A stretch of 64,000 nucleotides of DNA from Felis catus (taxonomy: Eukaryota), in the NCBI RefSeq assembly GCF_018350175.1, contig NC_058369.1, positions 3,102,001 through 3,166,000 on the forward strand, written 5' to 3'. A program made the translations under genes and the position numbers. This document shows positions 46,320-64,000 of the stretch, one piece after another; the first letter of the stretch is position 1, and every line of letters starts with the position of its first letter. The notes beneath the pieces were generated by a model that saw nothing but the letters and a program-made list of their open reading frames with translations, had not been told where the DNA came from and made no database searches.

Positions 46320-46531
46320 GAGCTCGTTGGCCAGCAGGCAGCCCCGCAGCCGGCTTGTCTCCTCCCTCTGTTCACCCCCGGCCCCCTGGGGCGGCTGCCC
46401 TCAGAGCCGATCGGGTGTCAGAGCCGAGCGCTTGGAGCTGCCGGTGTGACTGGTGGCCCGGCTGGGAGCAGGTAACTGGAGCCCGCCGTGGGCACGGAGG
46501 CCGAGTGCTGGAGTCACTGGCTTTGCTGGAG
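46320..46531 (+). other. ANKRD24: Probable non-coding first exon of ANKRD24
   Basis: CpG-containing segment ending in two candidate donors (CAG|gtaact after 46471; GAG|gtaaga after 46531), upstream of the acceptor at 47817. Start position not determinable. Confidence 0.4.
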
Positions 46532-46671
46532 GTAAGAGAGGAGGAAGTGAGGGAAGCTTGGGATGGAGACCCCCCCCCCCTTAGGGCCTCAGCCTCTTGC
46601 CTTGGAGCCCTGGTGTGTGGGAGAAAGGAGAGGTGTGTGTGTATGTCCTAGCTGTGCTGCTGAGCTACCCA

Positions 46672-46672
<1 letters not shown>

Positions 46673-46720
<48 letters not shown>
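46673..46720. repeat. (AC)24 microsatellite
   Basis: Direct reading. Confidence 0.95.
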
Positions 46721-46723
<3 letters not shown>

Positions 46724-47185
46724 TCCCACTTCCCAGCCTTTGCACTCTCTAGGGCACTTACCTTCTTTTAACGGCTGCCGCCCTGCTCAGCCTCCTGCCT
46801 GGCCACTAGGTCCTGCTTTATATATCATCCCCTCTTCCAGAAAGCCACTCTCGTCCCCCAAGCCCATGGCTTCCCTCCTGCCCTGGCAACCTGTGGACTC
46901 CCCTTGGCTATCTTATTACCTCCTGCTCTAGGTTTGATTGAGACAGAGGCAGAAGAGAAAGGGTGGGGTGAGTACAGTGTGGGTAGGGTGATGGGTGGAG
47001 GGGTGGGGGAATAAACGGGTGGGTACGCGGAAAAGTGGACGGATGAATGCACGGAGGGGGGTGGATGGATGAATGCACGGGGGGGGGGGGTGGATGGATG
47101 GGTGAGTACACAGATGGGAGGATGGCTTCGAGAATTCACAGGCAGGATGGATGGGAGTGGGACGTGCCTTCAAAAAATCCCACTC

Positions 47186-47361
47186 GGGGCGGCTGGGTGG
47201 TTCGGTTGGTTAAGCCTCCGACGCGTGACTTTGGCTCAGGTCACGACCCCGCAGTGCACGGGATCAAGCCCCGCGTCGGGCTGCACGCTGGCCGCGCGGC
47301 GCCTGCCTGGGATTCTCTCTCTCCCTCCCTCTCTCTCTCGAAATAAATAAACTTAAAAAAA
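47186..47361 (+). mobile_element. Can-SINE
   Basis: SINE consensus; aaatcccactc duplicated on both sides. Confidence 0.88.
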
Positions 47362-47853
47362 GAAATCCCACTCAAAAGAGGAAGGAATCCCAAACAAGCC
47401 TTTGTGCTAAGAGGCCTCAGCTCCGGGCCTGGCCCCCAGGGGCCCCTCATTGTTCAGGAAGACGGTACCAGCCCAGACCACTTCCAGCCTACGAAGCCAG
47501 GGCTGGGGCAGAGGAAGGGACCCAACTAGGGGTAGGGGAACCCGGTTGGGGGAGTTAGAGTTCGGCCTGTGGACGACAGGCAAAGCTCATCAGAACACGG
47601 GATTTTGGAAATGGGCTGTGAAGGGTGAATAGGAGCTTACCAGAGAGAGTGGAGAAAAACGGGCACCCCGTGCAGGAATAACCACACAGATGAGAGCTTG
47701 GAGACCGGAAAGGGCTTGAGCTGCTTCAACAGGTGTGTTTCCTGCACACCTACTATATGCTATGGCCCTCCTGCTCACGGGGTCCCTCATTCCCACCCCA
47801 CTCTGGTGCTTTCCCAGGTGGCCTGGGCTGAGGAGAAACGCCAGACGCTGGCC

Positions 47854-64000
<16,147 letters not shown>

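Overview
This is GC-rich mammalian genomic DNA, not a prokaryotic or viral window. The dense feliform-type tRNA-derived Can-SINEs (SINEC_Fc-like) point to cat or another felid. It carries the conserved gene block MAP2K2 (minus strand; coding exons 1-2 only, the rest lies left of the window), CREB3L3 (plus; complete, 10 coding exons, 450 aa), SIRT6 (minus; complete, 8 coding exons, 359 aa) and ANKRD24 (plus; 17 coding exons, truncated at the right edge). I placed all exons by reading splice sites and checking phase. Most ORFs in the supplied track are by-products of GC-rich sequence or SINEs. I found no convincing new multi-gene system. The best leads are RNA-level: complementary degenerate repeats flanking ANKRD24 exon 6, an in-frame duplicated splice donor, a GC-AG intron, alternative first exons in an intronic CpG island, a MAP2K2 uORF, and several unexplained degenerate repeat arrays. 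Repeat-family names and comparisons with human proteins are from memory, not from database searches. Repeat boundaries are approximate.
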